From contig JBMHBP010000009.1 of assembly GCA_049890295.1 (NCBI GenBank), forward strand, positions 12,569 to 76,568: DNA of 64,000 nucleotides, in the 5' to 3' direction. The number at the start of each line of letters is the position of its first letter. Within the stretch, counting starts at the first letter, position 1. Below, one piece after another: positions 28,082 through 37,608 of this stretch. The translations under genes were made by a program, and so were the position numbers. The notes below the pieces were generated by a model. It ran no database searches, was not told the origin of the DNA, and worked only from the letters and a program-made list of their open reading frames with translations. The stretch comes from Flavobacteriales bacterium (GTDB lineage: Bacteria > Bacteroidota > Bacteroidia > Flavobacteriales > UBA7312).

Positions 28082-30331
28082 TTAAAGCCTTTCAACCAAT
28101 TCAACTCCACTTATATTTTCTAGTTTGCTTATAAGATTTTCTAAATGGAATTTGTTCAACACAATTACTGATATTTTCCCTTCAAAAACCCCATCATTTG
28201 AGCTTATATTAATTGAAGAAATATTGACATTTAGATCGTTTGAAATTAGTTTAGTTATATTATTGACTAAGCCTATCTGATCAATACCACTAATTTTTAA
28301 TACTGATGAATATTCTAAAATATCTGCTTTAGCCCACTTGGCTGATATTATCCGATAAGCATAGCGGGACTGTAATTGAATAGCATTAGGACAATTTACA
28401 TTATGAACTTTTATACCATCATTAATTGTGGTAAATCCAAAGATTTCATCACCCTTTATTGATGAACAACATTTTGCAAGTTTATAATTTAATTTCTGTT
28501 TGTCATCTCCAAATAACACAACTGGTAAATTATTTGTGTTAATTGGGTTTGATGACACATTTTCAGTAGTTTCACTTTTAGTAATTTTTCGCCGTAAAAA
28601 TCCATACCATCCCTGATTTTTAGAGTTCACATAAGAGCGTAAGTGTTTGTTGTTCAAACTTCCAACTCCAAACATGTAAAACATTTCTAAGCTATTTTTC
28701 AAATTGAAAAACTTAAGCATTTCAGTTTCTACTGAATGTGTGAAATTTATCTTAATGTGTCTTAACTTTCGTTTTAAAATTTCTTTTCCCTCCAGACCAA
28801 TTTTTTTCTTTTCCTCTTTAAGAGCATTTTTGATTTTAGATTTTGCTCTGGCAGTTTTTACAAATGATAACCAATCTTCTTTAGGTGTTTGCTTATTTGA
28901 TGTTACAATTTCAACTTGATCACCACTTTTAAGTGAATATGAAAATGGCACAAGCTTTCCATTTACTTTAGCTCCTAGGCATTTGCTTCCTACTTCAGTA
29001 TGAATTTCGTAAGCAAAATCAAGAGGGGTGGAGCCTTTAGGTAAAGTTTTCAAATCGCCATTTGGTGTGAAAATAAAAATCTCTTCTGAAAATAGATTCA
29101 TTTTAAAGTCATCAACAAAATCAATTGCATTAACGTTTGGACTTTCTAATAATTCTCTTATTCTGTTTATCCAATTATCTAAATTTGACTCCTTGGTTGA
29201 GCTACTTTTATATTTCCAATGAGCAGCAAATCCTTTTTCAGCAATATCGTCCATTCTTTGAGTACGAATTTGAACTTCTACCCATTTACCTTTTGGACCC
29301 ATAACAGTTGAATGTAAAGACTCATAACCATTAGCTTTAGGAGTAGATATCCAATCTCTTAATCGATCAGGATTTGGCTTATAAAAATCTGTAACAATTG
29401 AGTAAATACGCCAACAATCAGATTTTTCACTTTCTAACTCTGAGTTAACTATAATCCTTATTGCAAATTTGTCAAATACTTCTTCGAATTCAACGCCTTG
29501 CTTAAGCATTTTTTGACGTATGGAAAAAATTGACTTGGGGCGACCCTTTATACTAAAACTAAAACCCTGTTGGTTTAATTCTTCTTTTATGGGCTGTACA
29601 AAACGATTTATATACCTTATTCTAGATTTTTTTGTTTCATCTAACTTTTCAGAAATTGCTTTATAAATTTCTGATTTAGTATACTTTAAGCCTAAATCCT
29701 CAAGTTCAGTTTTTATAGCATACAAGCCTAATCTATGTGCCAAAGGAGCATATAAATAAAGTGTCTCAGAGGCTATTTTTAATTGCTTGTGTTTTGGCAT
29801 AGATGATAAAGTACGCATGTTATGCAATCTATCAGCTAGTTTAATTAAAATCACTCTAATGTCGTCAGACAACGTCAATAGCATTTTTCTAAAATTTTCT
29901 GCTTGCATTGATACATTCTGATCGTATACTTCTGAAATTTTAGTTAAACCGTCAATAATTCTTGATGCTTTTGAACCAAACAGTCTGTCTATATCTTCTA
30001 GTGTATATTCTGTATCTTCAACAACATCATGAAGTAATGAACAGATAATAGATGTAGTCCCAAGCCCAATTTCTTTAGCTGCAATTCGAGCAACATCAAT
30101 AGGGTGATATATGTAAGGCTCTCCAGACTTTCTTCGCATATTCTTATGTGCTTCAACAGCAATATTAAAGGCTTTACGAATTTGCTTTTTATCTTCTTTA
30201 GACGTTTTATCTCTACAATCTCTTAATAGTCCTCTGTATCTATTAAGGATTTCCTTTCTTTCGATATCAACGTTAATAGACTGCACGATTAAACTACTTT
30301 GCTGGTAAGACTGTTGTTGATACAGAATCAA
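28082..30331 (-). CDS. relA: Bifunctional (p)ppGpp synthetase/hydrolase (RelA/SpoT homologue)
   Basis: HD hydrolase motif HDVVEDT, a synthetase core (FAIRIIV, YESLHSTV), a TGS region and a C-terminal ACT-like domain. The listed start is TTG at 30331 and overlaps fahA by 38 nt. A GTG at 30286 would remove that overlap. Confidence 0.9.
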   Translation of the reverse strand: MILYQQQSYQQSSLIVQSINVDIERKEILNRYRGLLRDCRDKTSKEDKKQIRKAFNIAVEAHKNMRRKSGEPYIYHPIDVARIAAKEIGLGTTSIICSLLHDVVEDTEYTLEDIDRLFGSKASRIIDGLTKISEVYDQNVSMQAENFRKMLLTLSDDIRVILIKLADRLHNMRTLSSMPKHKQLKIASETLYLYAPLAHRLGLYAIKTELEDLGLKYTKSEIYKAISEKLDETKKSRIRYINRFVQPIKEELNQQGFSFSIKGRPKSIFSIRQKMLKQGVEFEEVFDKFAIRIIVNSELESEKSDCWRIYSIVTDFYKPNPDRLRDWISTPKANGYESLHSTVMGPKGKWVEVQIRTQRMDDIAEKGFAAHWKYKSSSTKESNLDNWINRIRELLESPNVNAIDFVDDFKMNLFSEEIFIFTPNGDLKTLPKGSTPLDFAYEIHTEVGSKCLGAKVNGKLVPFSYSLKSGDQVEIVTSNKQTPKEDWLSFVKTARAKSKIKNALKEEKKKIGLEGKEILKRKLRHIKINFTHSVETEMLKFFNLKNSLEMFYMFGVGSLNNKHLRSYVNSKNQGWYGFLRRKITKSETTENVSSNPINTNNLPVVLFGDDKQKLNYKLAKCCSSIKGDEIFGFTTINDGIKVHNVNCPNAIQLQSRYAYRIISAKWAKADILEYSSVLKISGIDQIGLVNNITKLISNDLNVNISSINISSNDGVFEGKISVIVLNKFHLENLISKLENISGVELVERL

Positions 30332-31544
30332 AACCTATACGAACACCATCTTTTTCACAGTGGGCATTCATTATTACTGTATCGCCATCATTAATGAATT
30401 TCCTTTCACTCCCATCTGGCATTTGTAAAGGTTTAGTACCTTTCCATGATAATTCTAACATTGAACCATAGGCTGTTTCATCATTTCCAGAGATTGTCCC
30501 TGATGCCATCATATCACCAGCATGAATATCACAGCCGTTTACACTATGATGTGCTAGTTGCTGGTTCATGTTCCAATACATGTACTTATAGTTTGATTTA
30601 GCTACTGTGTGAGCTTCAAAAGTTTGAGAAGCTATTTGAACCTCAAGTTTTATATCAATATTTTTATTGCCAGAATATCTCAAATAGGGCAGTACTTCAG
30701 GTTCTTGTTTTTCTCCTTGACATCTAAAAGGCTCTAATGCATCTAGGGTTATAATCCATGGTGAAATTGAAGAAGCAAAGCTTTTGGCTAAAAACGGCCC
30801 TAGTGGCACATATTCCCATTTTTGAATATCTCTAGCTGACCAATCGTTAAAAATTACCATTCCAAAAATATAATCTTCAGCTTCATTGACATCTATAGAA
30901 TCGCCAAGAGGTTTGCCTTCACCTGTAATAAAAGCCATTTCTAACTCAAAATCTAGTAATTTACAAGGTCCAAATACTGGTGATTTTGCATCTAATGGTA
31001 ATTGTTGTCCTTTAGGCCTATAAATGTCTTGACCTGATAATATTATTGAAGATGACCTACCATGATAGCCAACAGGAATATGAAGCCAATTTGGCAGAAG
31101 AGCATTATCAGGATCTCTAAACATACATCCAACATTATAAGCATGTTGTCTTGAAGAATAAAAGTCGGTATAATCACCAACTTTTACTGGCATTTGCATT
31201 CTTACATTTTCAATTTTATGTAATGAATTTGAAACTTTTACCTCATATGACGAATCTTGAAAAATCTCTGAAATTCTATTTCTAACTGCTCTCCAACTTG
31301 ATTTATCCTTTTTAAGGAAATCATTTAAAACGGTTTTATCGAACACATTTTCAGATAAGATATTTTCAAAAATATTCAATTTATACAGTTGGGATAAATC
31401 AATAACAGTATCGCCAATTCGACTTACAGCAATAATTTTTTTATTAATTTCTGCTATACCAAATGGGATGTTTTGAATAGGAAAGTCACTATTTTTTGGG
31501 ACTTTGACCCAAGTAGTTAAATGAGGATTATTGGCTTCAATCAT
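30294..31544 (-). CDS. fahA: Fumarylacetoacetase
   Basis: GDYTDFYSS, YHGRSSS and FGMVIFNDWSARDIQKWEYVPLGPF are characteristic FAH motifs. Length 416 aa. Confidence 0.9.
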   Translation of the reverse strand: MIEANNPHLTTWVKVPKNSDFPIQNIPFGIAEINKKIIAVSRIGDTVIDLSQLYKLNIFENILSENVFDKTVLNDFLKKDKSSWRAVRNRISEIFQDSSYEVKVSNSLHKIENVRMQMPVKVGDYTDFYSSRQHAYNVGCMFRDPDNALLPNWLHIPVGYHGRSSSIILSGQDIYRPKGQQLPLDAKSPVFGPCKLLDFELEMAFITGEGKPLGDSIDVNEAEDYIFGMVIFNDWSARDIQKWEYVPLGPFLAKSFASSISPWIITLDALEPFRCQGEKQEPEVLPYLRYSGNKNIDIKLEVQIASQTFEAHTVAKSNYKYMYWNMNQQLAHHSVNGCDIHAGDMMASGTISGNDETAYGSMLELSWKGTKPLQMPDGSERKFINDGDTVIMNAHCEKDGVRIGFDSVSTTVLPAK

Positions 31545-31600
31545 AAAAACCTAAATTTTTTTAATTCGGTATAAAAGTAACAAAACCTAACACAATATTT

Positions 31601-32479
31601 ATGATTTCTACTGTTTATATTTGTACCGTGATTCTTCGTTTTTTAATATTGAGTTTATTGGTTCAGCCGATAATGGCTCAACAGGCTGATAGTACCAAAG
31701 CATTTAAAATTGCGGTTGCAACTGAAGTGGTTTTATATGCAGGAACCATGTATGCTCTCAATGACTTATGGTACAAAGACTATCCTAAAAGTAGCTTTCA
31801 TTGGATTAATGATAATTCTAATTGGTTACAAATGGATAAAGTAGGTCACGCTACAACTGCATATAATGTAGGCGTTTTAGGAAAAGATATCATGGTTTGG
31901 TCTGGTGTACCAGAAAAAAAAGCTCTTTGGTACGGTGGACTTTATGGGTCGGTTTTCTTAACAACTATTGAAATTTTAGACGGTCATTCAAAAGAGTGGG
32001 GAGCATCTTGGGGAGATTTAATTGCAAATACAAGTGGAACGGCTTTGTTTATGGCTCAAGAGCTTTTATTTAAAGAACAAATCGTTCAATTGAAATATTC
32101 GTTTTGGCCATCTGATTACGCCAGTAAAAGACCTGATTTATTGGGTGAAAACACTATTCAACAAGCAGTAAAAGATTATAACGCTCAATTATATTGGCTT
32201 TCTGCTAATATTAATAGTATTGCAGAAACCCCATTACCAAATTGGTTAAACATAGCCTTCGGTTATGGAGCTAATGGTATGATAAACGGTACACCAAATG
32301 AGCTTAATCAAAATAGAGAGTATTACGTTGGGTTAGATGTTAATCTAAGAAAAATAAAAACCGGAAACTCTATTATTGATAAATGTTTTAAGATTTTAAG
32401 TTTTATAAAAATTCCTATGCCAACATTAAAACATACTAATGACAAGCTAACATTTTATCCTATTTATTATGGTCAATAA
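31601..32479 (+). CDS. DUF2279-like secreted/lipoprotein-type protein
   Basis: Signal peptide, MDKVGHA motif, Gly/aromatic-rich. The family assignment is from memory of the motif only. Confidence 0.5.
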   Translation: MISTVYICTVILRFLILSLLVQPIMAQQADSTKAFKIAVATEVVLYAGTMYALNDLWYKDYPKSSFHWINDNSNWLQMDKVGHATTAYNVGVLGKDIMVWSGVPEKKALWYGGLYGSVFLTTIEILDGHSKEWGASWGDLIANTSGTALFMAQELLFKEQIVQLKYSFWPSDYASKRPDLLGENTIQQAVKDYNAQLYWLSANINSIAETPLPNWLNIAFGYGANGMINGTPNELNQNREYYVGLDVNLRKIKTGNSIIDKCFKILSFIKIPMPTLKHTNDKLTFYPIYYGQ

Positions 32480-32999
32480 ATTTAAGGTAGGTGACATAAT
32501 CAAAATTATTGATCAAAGTGGTGGGGGTAAAATTTTATCTATTAAAGATGATAAAGCTGTAATTCTTAATCAAGATGGTTTTGAAGAGGTAATTGGGATA
32601 AATTCAATCATTATTAGTGATACTATTTCTGAAAATGCCCTACGAAATTGTTATATCCCGGATACACCAAAACAACGATCAAGAAAAAAGAAAGAAACTA
32701 TTTTATTTAAAAGTAAATCAAACGATTTATGGGAGATTGACTTACACATAGAAAATTTGCTGGATAATTATTACCACATGAGTAATTATGAGATCATTAG
32801 CTATCAATTAGAGAAGTGTGAGGAAATTATTTTTAAGGCCATACAAACTAGAGTACGAAAATTGGTTATTATTCATGGTAAGGGGCAGGGAGTATTGAGA
32901 AATGAAGTGCATAATTTACTACAATCTTTAAATCTTGACTTTAAAGATGCTGATTACCTAAAATATTCTGGCGGTGCTACCGATGTATTCTTTAGATAA
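32469..32999 (+). CDS. Smr-domain protein (MutS2-related small nuclease-like)
   Basis: C-terminal Smr pattern IDLHIENL ... LVIIHGKGQGVLR. It overlaps the upstream gene by 11 nt. Confidence 0.7.
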   Translation: MVNKFKVGDIIKIIDQSGGGKILSIKDDKAVILNQDGFEEVIGINSIIISDTISENALRNCYIPDTPKQRSRKKKETILFKSKSNDLWEIDLHIENLLDNYYHMSNYEIISYQLEKCEEIIFKAIQTRVRKLVIIHGKGQGVLRNEVHNLLQSLNLDFKDADYLKYSGGATDVFFR

Positions 33000-33000
33000 A

Positions 33001-33025
33001 AAGGACTATTTTCATAGTCCTTTTT
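33001..33025. terminator. Bidirectional intrinsic terminator hairpin between convergent genes
   Basis: AAGGACTAT (33001-33009) pairs with ATAGTCCTT (33014-33022) around the loop TTTC. An A-run lies upstream and a T-run downstream. Confidence 0.75.
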
Positions 33026-33040
33026 GAGTTGGAAACAGAA

Positions 33041-34144
33041 TTAGTTATTGATTAATCTAAATTCTGTTCTTCTATTTATTGCATGTTCTCTTTCAGTACA
33101 AGAAACGCCATCCGAACATCTATTTTTAAGTCGTACTTCTCCATATCCATTAGCTACCAATAAACTGGGATTTATTCCTCTTATCTGTAAGTATTTAACA
33201 ACTGCTTGAGCTCTATTTTCTGAAAGTGTCTGATTAGACTCATAAGTTCCCCGAGAATCAGTATGAGAAGCAATTTCAAGCTTTGCAGTAGGATTATTAG
33301 CTAGAATAGGTAATAACTTATTATCAATAATATCCTTAGCTTTATTAGTTAGATTAGCACTGTTTAAATCCCAGTTTATAGGCAAAACTTGGTATTCAAC
33401 TAAACTACAATCAACTTCTTTCCAACTGGTTAATCCGCCTTTCTTCTTTAAAACTTCTCTAGTAATTGTTTTATACTCGTCAGGAATAATTTCTTCAATT
33501 GTTTTAGCGTTTTCCACTTTAATGGTTTTAGTAATAGTAGCGTATTCAGCAGGTTTAATTTCTTCAATTACTTTTGCTTGTTCTATTATAACTCGCTTTG
33601 TATAATTAGATTTTTGACCTTTTAATGGTTTTCTGTTGACTGTTGCATTATTGATTAATTTTTTGACTGGTATTATTTCAAATTCTGCTGGATAACCTTT
33701 ATAACACCAATATTTACAATCATCAGGATTACTAGATTCACAATCTGGATTTGATCCTCCAATTTCCCATTGAGCATACTTTGGCTTTATTTCAATAGTT
33801 TCATAATCGTCTTTAAATGATGCCGGAGTAGCTGTAAAATAGTAGGCATTTTCTTTTTTGGTATAGTCAACCGATTCTTTACCCCATTTTGCAGGAATTA
33901 CTTTTAGTTTTTTCTCAGCTTCTTTTACAATTACTCTTTCTGTTATTTTTTCAAACTTTGCAGGAATTGTTTTAAGAATTTTATGAGAAGGTTTTACTAA
34001 AACTTTGATTTCTTCATTTACGTAAACATCAGGAGTTGTACATCTTACATAACATTTACCTGGTTCAGGATTTTCAGGTAAATCCTGAGAAAATGATTGT
34101 GTAATAGCAAAAAATAAAAATAATAGAATAAGTGTTCTTTTCAT
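33041..34144 (-). CDS. OmpA-family protein with an N-terminal repeat region
   Basis: Signal peptide. C-terminal OmpA-like domain (IASHTDSRGTYESNQTLSENRAQAVVKYL, NRRTEF). The N-terminal part carries the P-[AKD]-x-[FWY] motif at seven positions. Confidence 0.85.
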   Translation of the reverse strand: MKRTLILLFLFFAITQSFSQDLPENPEPGKCYVRCTTPDVYVNEEIKVLVKPSHKILKTIPAKFEKITERVIVKEAEKKLKVIPAKWGKESVDYTKKENAYYFTATPASFKDDYETIEIKPKYAQWEIGGSNPDCESSNPDDCKYWCYKGYPAEFEIIPVKKLINNATVNRKPLKGQKSNYTKRVIIEQAKVIEEIKPAEYATITKTIKVENAKTIEEIIPDEYKTITREVLKKKGGLTSWKEVDCSLVEYQVLPINWDLNSANLTNKAKDIIDNKLLPILANNPTAKLEIASHTDSRGTYESNQTLSENRAQAVVKYLQIRGINPSLLVANGYGEVRLKNRCSDGVSCTEREHAINRRTEFRLINN

Positions 34145-34169
34145 GACAATAAGGATTTAATATTTAAAG

Positions 34170-34177
34170 CAAATATA
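34170..34177 (-). promoter_or_regulatory. Candidate -7 promoter box TATATTTG (minus strand)
   Basis: The plus-strand sequence CAAATATA is the reverse complement of TATATTTG. It lies 26 nt upstream of the ompA-family ATG at 34144. Confidence 0.4.
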
Positions 34178-34191
34178 CCCTTATAATTTTA

Positions 34192-35652
34192 TCATTGGTA
34201 CTTTTTGGACTCTATTAATACAATTTCAGAAAGTTGCTCAACACCAATACTTCCTTTTATAGCGTTAACAATTATCTTTTTGTCTTTATCCAGTAGATAC
34301 ACTTTAGGAGTTCCATTTATATCATATATTTGCTTGATATAAGGAAATGGGGTCACGTAAGGATCGTTTTGTCTATCAAATTCGCCATCAATAAATGTTT
34401 TAAACTCAGCAACATTTATCCAGTCACCAGTATCATAGGTGTTTATGAAATCAACCCATTTTTCTCTATCCAATTCAACACAAACAGCTACTACCTCAAT
34501 ACTAATTCCATCAGCAAGCCATTGGTCATAGTTTTGTTTAATAGCTGGTATTTCTTTTTTACAATGCCCACAATCTGGATCATAAAAAATAATCATAGTC
34601 AAATCAGTTGAAATTTGATGTAAGTTGTGTATGACCTCTGAGGAGTCTCTAAGAACTAAATTAGGAGCTTTTGAGCCAATAATTAATGGTTCAATAGTTT
34701 CTGCTCTGTCAACAATTTTAAACATTTGGGCTTCATCTATCCAATCAACTTCATTAGTAGCATAATATTTGTTTACTAAATGGACAAATACTTTTTCTTG
34801 ACCCATAATTTTTGAACGTTCATAGTTAGAAGTTAAATAGGAGACAAGGTATTTAAACACTTCTGGATTTTGTTTTGACTTGGAAATAAGATAATCACAT
34901 GAAATAATCAAGGAGTCCGGTGTTTTTGCAGTCAAATTTTCCAAGTAAGTATTTATTTTACTGTGAAAAACAGGTGATCTTAATAAACGACTATCTGAAA
35001 AGTCAAAATTGTCAAAAAAATGAGATTTGTAATACTTAAATTGAAAGGTACTATCAATGGTGCCATCAGTATTTACAGGTGATTCTGGAACATCTATCTC
35101 TTTACTTGCTAATAAAATTTTACTAAAAAATATATCGGGATTTTCAGAAGTAAAATTTTCTTGGAATTGCATCACAGTATTACCAAGTTCTTGTATTTTA
35201 TCTTCAAGTTGTGTTTTTTCTTGACCAGCTAAATTTTCAGATTTTGATTGTAAAGATTTAAGTTTAAGTTGTTGCTGAGCAATGTATTGCATATATCCAT
35301 AAAATTTTTTGTTTTCAATAGAATTCTCAAATTTCATTTTGCCAATCAAATCGTCTTTACTTGTAGTAAATGAAAAATTATTTTCTGTAATAACAACTTC
35401 AAAATAATTTCCATCGGGAAGAACTACCATATACATCCCATGTTCTAATGCTGTTTCTCCTTCAAACACAAAACGTCCATTATTATCAATAATTGCTGTG
35501 TCTTTTGCATATTGTTTGTTGCCATAATAGTAGGCTAGCATACAGGTGCTATCTGAAAGTCCAACAACTTGACCTTCATATTTATAACCCTGTGCAATAG
35601 CTGATAAAATGGAAAATAATCCTAAAAATATTAGTGTTAATTCTTTTTTCAT
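34192..35652 (-). CDS. Thioredoxin-fold thiol:disulfide oxidoreductase (TlpA/ResA-like) with a large N-terminal domain
   Basis: Signal peptide. CxxC active site in YDPDCGHCKKEIP within a thioredoxin-like C-terminal domain. Confidence 0.75.
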   Translation of the reverse strand: MKKELTLIFLGLFSILSAIAQGYKYEGQVVGLSDSTCMLAYYYGNKQYAKDTAIIDNNGRFVFEGETALEHGMYMVVLPDGNYFEVVITENNFSFTTSKDDLIGKMKFENSIENKKFYGYMQYIAQQQLKLKSLQSKSENLAGQEKTQLEDKIQELGNTVMQFQENFTSENPDIFFSKILLASKEIDVPESPVNTDGTIDSTFQFKYYKSHFFDNFDFSDSRLLRSPVFHSKINTYLENLTAKTPDSLIISCDYLISKSKQNPEVFKYLVSYLTSNYERSKIMGQEKVFVHLVNKYYATNEVDWIDEAQMFKIVDRAETIEPLIIGSKAPNLVLRDSSEVIHNLHQISTDLTMIIFYDPDCGHCKKEIPAIKQNYDQWLADGISIEVVAVCVELDREKWVDFINTYDTGDWINVAEFKTFIDGEFDRQNDPYVTPFPYIKQIYDINGTPKVYLLDKDKKIIVNAIKGSIGVEQLSEIVLIESKKYQ

Positions 35653-35699
35653 AGTACTAAATTAAATATTCTCTATTTATAAACGATAATTGTTTAAAT

Positions 35700-36578
35700 C
35701 TATTTTAACGCCTTATTTTTAAGATAACCATCAATAAAAACAGCTGCGATAATAATTAGTGACCCTACATAAAATGAAAGGTTCATACTTTCTGAATCTC
35801 CAAAAATAATCAATGCTAACAAAATACTGTATATAGGTTCTAAATTAACTGCCATAATAACATTGTAGGCTGATAATTTTTTCATCACTTCAACACTCAC
35901 AACAAATGCAAAACTTGTACATAATCCGCCTAATACTATAAGGTAAATAACATCATTAGTACTTATTTTTAAACTAGATATTGAAAAATCCTGCTTGAAT
36001 AAAAAATACACTGAAATCATCATTAGTCCAGCTAGCATTTCAATAAATGTGATTTTTTCTGCCTCTACTTTTGAAATATAAATCCCATTATAAATAGTAA
36101 ATATAGTAGCTAAAAAAGCTGCTATTATGCCATATACAAAACCCATTATATATGTGGATTCTGCATTCATAGCAACTCCAATAGCTAATAATACTACTAA
36201 ACCTAAAATAAACTCCCTAAGTATTACTTTTCGTTTTAAAATAATTGGCTCTAAAAAAGTTGAAAATAGGGAAGAGGTACCCATGCAAACAACTGCTATA
36301 GATACATTAGATATTTTAATGCTCTCAAAAAAGAATAACCAATGTGCTGCAACTACTAACCCAACACCAAAAATTTTGATAAAATCAACTTTTTTTATCT
36401 TAAAACCTATTGTAAAATATAGATAAACGGCAATTAATAACAGTGCAAATAGCATTCTATACCAAACAAGTACATCAGATGATGTATGAATTAACTTTCC
36501 CAATACACCGGTAAAGCCCAATAGGATAACTATTAAGTGCATACTCAATAGACTATTATTTTGTACAAATTGTCTCAA
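35700..36578 (-). CDS. EamA/DMT-family transporter
   Basis: About 10 hydrophobic segments arranged as two similar halves. Length 292 aa. Confidence 0.7.
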   Translation of the reverse strand: MRQFVQNNSLLSMHLIVILLGFTGVLGKLIHTSSDVLVWYRMLFALLLIAVYLYFTIGFKIKKVDFIKIFGVGLVVAAHWLFFFESIKISNVSIAVVCMGTSSLFSTFLEPIILKRKVILREFILGLVVLLAIGVAMNAESTYIMGFVYGIIAAFLATIFTIYNGIYISKVEAEKITFIEMLAGLMMISVYFLFKQDFSISSLKISTNDVIYLIVLGGLCTSFAFVVSVEVMKKLSAYNVIMAVNLEPIYSILLALIIFGDSESMNLSFYVGSLIIIAAVFIDGYLKNKALK

Positions 36579-36636
36579 AAATCATTAATTTTAACTTGCA
36601 AATCAAAATCTTTGTTTTTAATAATACAAGTAAAAT

Positions 36637-37410
36637 ATGTTAGCAGTTGTTTCTCCAGCAAAATCACTAAACTTTGAAAGTGATTCTCCAATAAAACTAC
36701 ATTCAATTCCAGATTTTTTAGATACAAGTCAAACAATCATAAATGAATTGCAAGCATTGTCACCAAAAGAAATTAGTTCATTAATGAATATAAGCGACGA
36801 CTTAGGAATATTAAATTACGAACGTTTTCAACAATGGAAAACTCCATTTAATCTTTCTAATGCTAAACAAGCAGTTTTTGCATTTTCTGGCGATGTTTAT
36901 AATGGATTAGAAGCAAGTTCTTTGTCTTCAGAAAATATTGATTATGCTCAAAAACATTTTAGAATTCTTTCAGGTTTATATGGAATTCTAAAACCACTTG
37001 ATTTGATTCAAGCATACAGACTTGAGATGGGAACTAAAATTAGAGTATCATCCAAAAAAGATCTTTATAATTTGTGGAAAGAGAAAATAACATTCAATGT
37101 TCTAAACGATTTAAAAGAAAGTAAAACCAACTATTTACTGAATTTGGCTTCAAATGAATACATAAAATCAATTGATTTAAAACAGCCAGATTTTGATGTT
37201 ATTACGCCAATTTTTAAAGATTTCAAAAATGGGCAATTTAAAATGATTAGTTTTTTTGCCAAAAAAGCACGTGGCATGATGGCTAGATTTTTCATAGAAA
37301 ATAAAATTAAAAATCCAGAAGATTTGAAAGGGTTTAATTTAGATGGATATAGCTACAATGAAGAATTGTCAGCGGAAAAACCATTTACATTTACAAGAAT
37401 ACATAGCTAA
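36637..37410 (+). CDS. yaaA: Peroxide stress protein YaaA (UPF0246)
   Basis: N-terminus MLAVVSPAKSLNF, together with the YRLEMG and FFAKKARG motifs typical of YaaA. Confidence 0.85.
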   Translation: MLAVVSPAKSLNFESDSPIKLHSIPDFLDTSQTIINELQALSPKEISSLMNISDDLGILNYERFQQWKTPFNLSNAKQAVFAFSGDVYNGLEASSLSSENIDYAQKHFRILSGLYGILKPLDLIQAYRLEMGTKIRVSSKKDLYNLWKEKITFNVLNDLKESKTNYLLNLASNEYIKSIDLKQPDFDVITPIFKDFKNGQFKMISFFAKKARGMMARFFIENKIKNPEDLKGFNLDGYSYNEELSAEKPFTFTRIHS

Positions 37411-37600
37411 ACTCTTCTTGATTTAACTATTTATAGTCTGTCACCATCTAGATAATTACTCAAGTAAATATCAGATTTAGTGTTAATAACTTTTTTTTTG
37501 ACCGTGATGTAGTACTTATTTATTTAAAAAATAAAAATTGAATGAAAATTATAAATTGATTAACGTATTTTATCTTATAATTTAAAAAATATACAATAAT

Positions 37601-37608
37601 TAAATTTG
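37601..37608 (+). promoter_or_regulatory. Candidate -7 promoter box TAAATTTG inside the long AT-rich spacer
   Basis: This is the only exact TAnnTTTG match I found on the plus strand of 37411-37885. If used, it implies a leader of about 270 nt before the 66-aa ORF. Confidence 0.25.
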
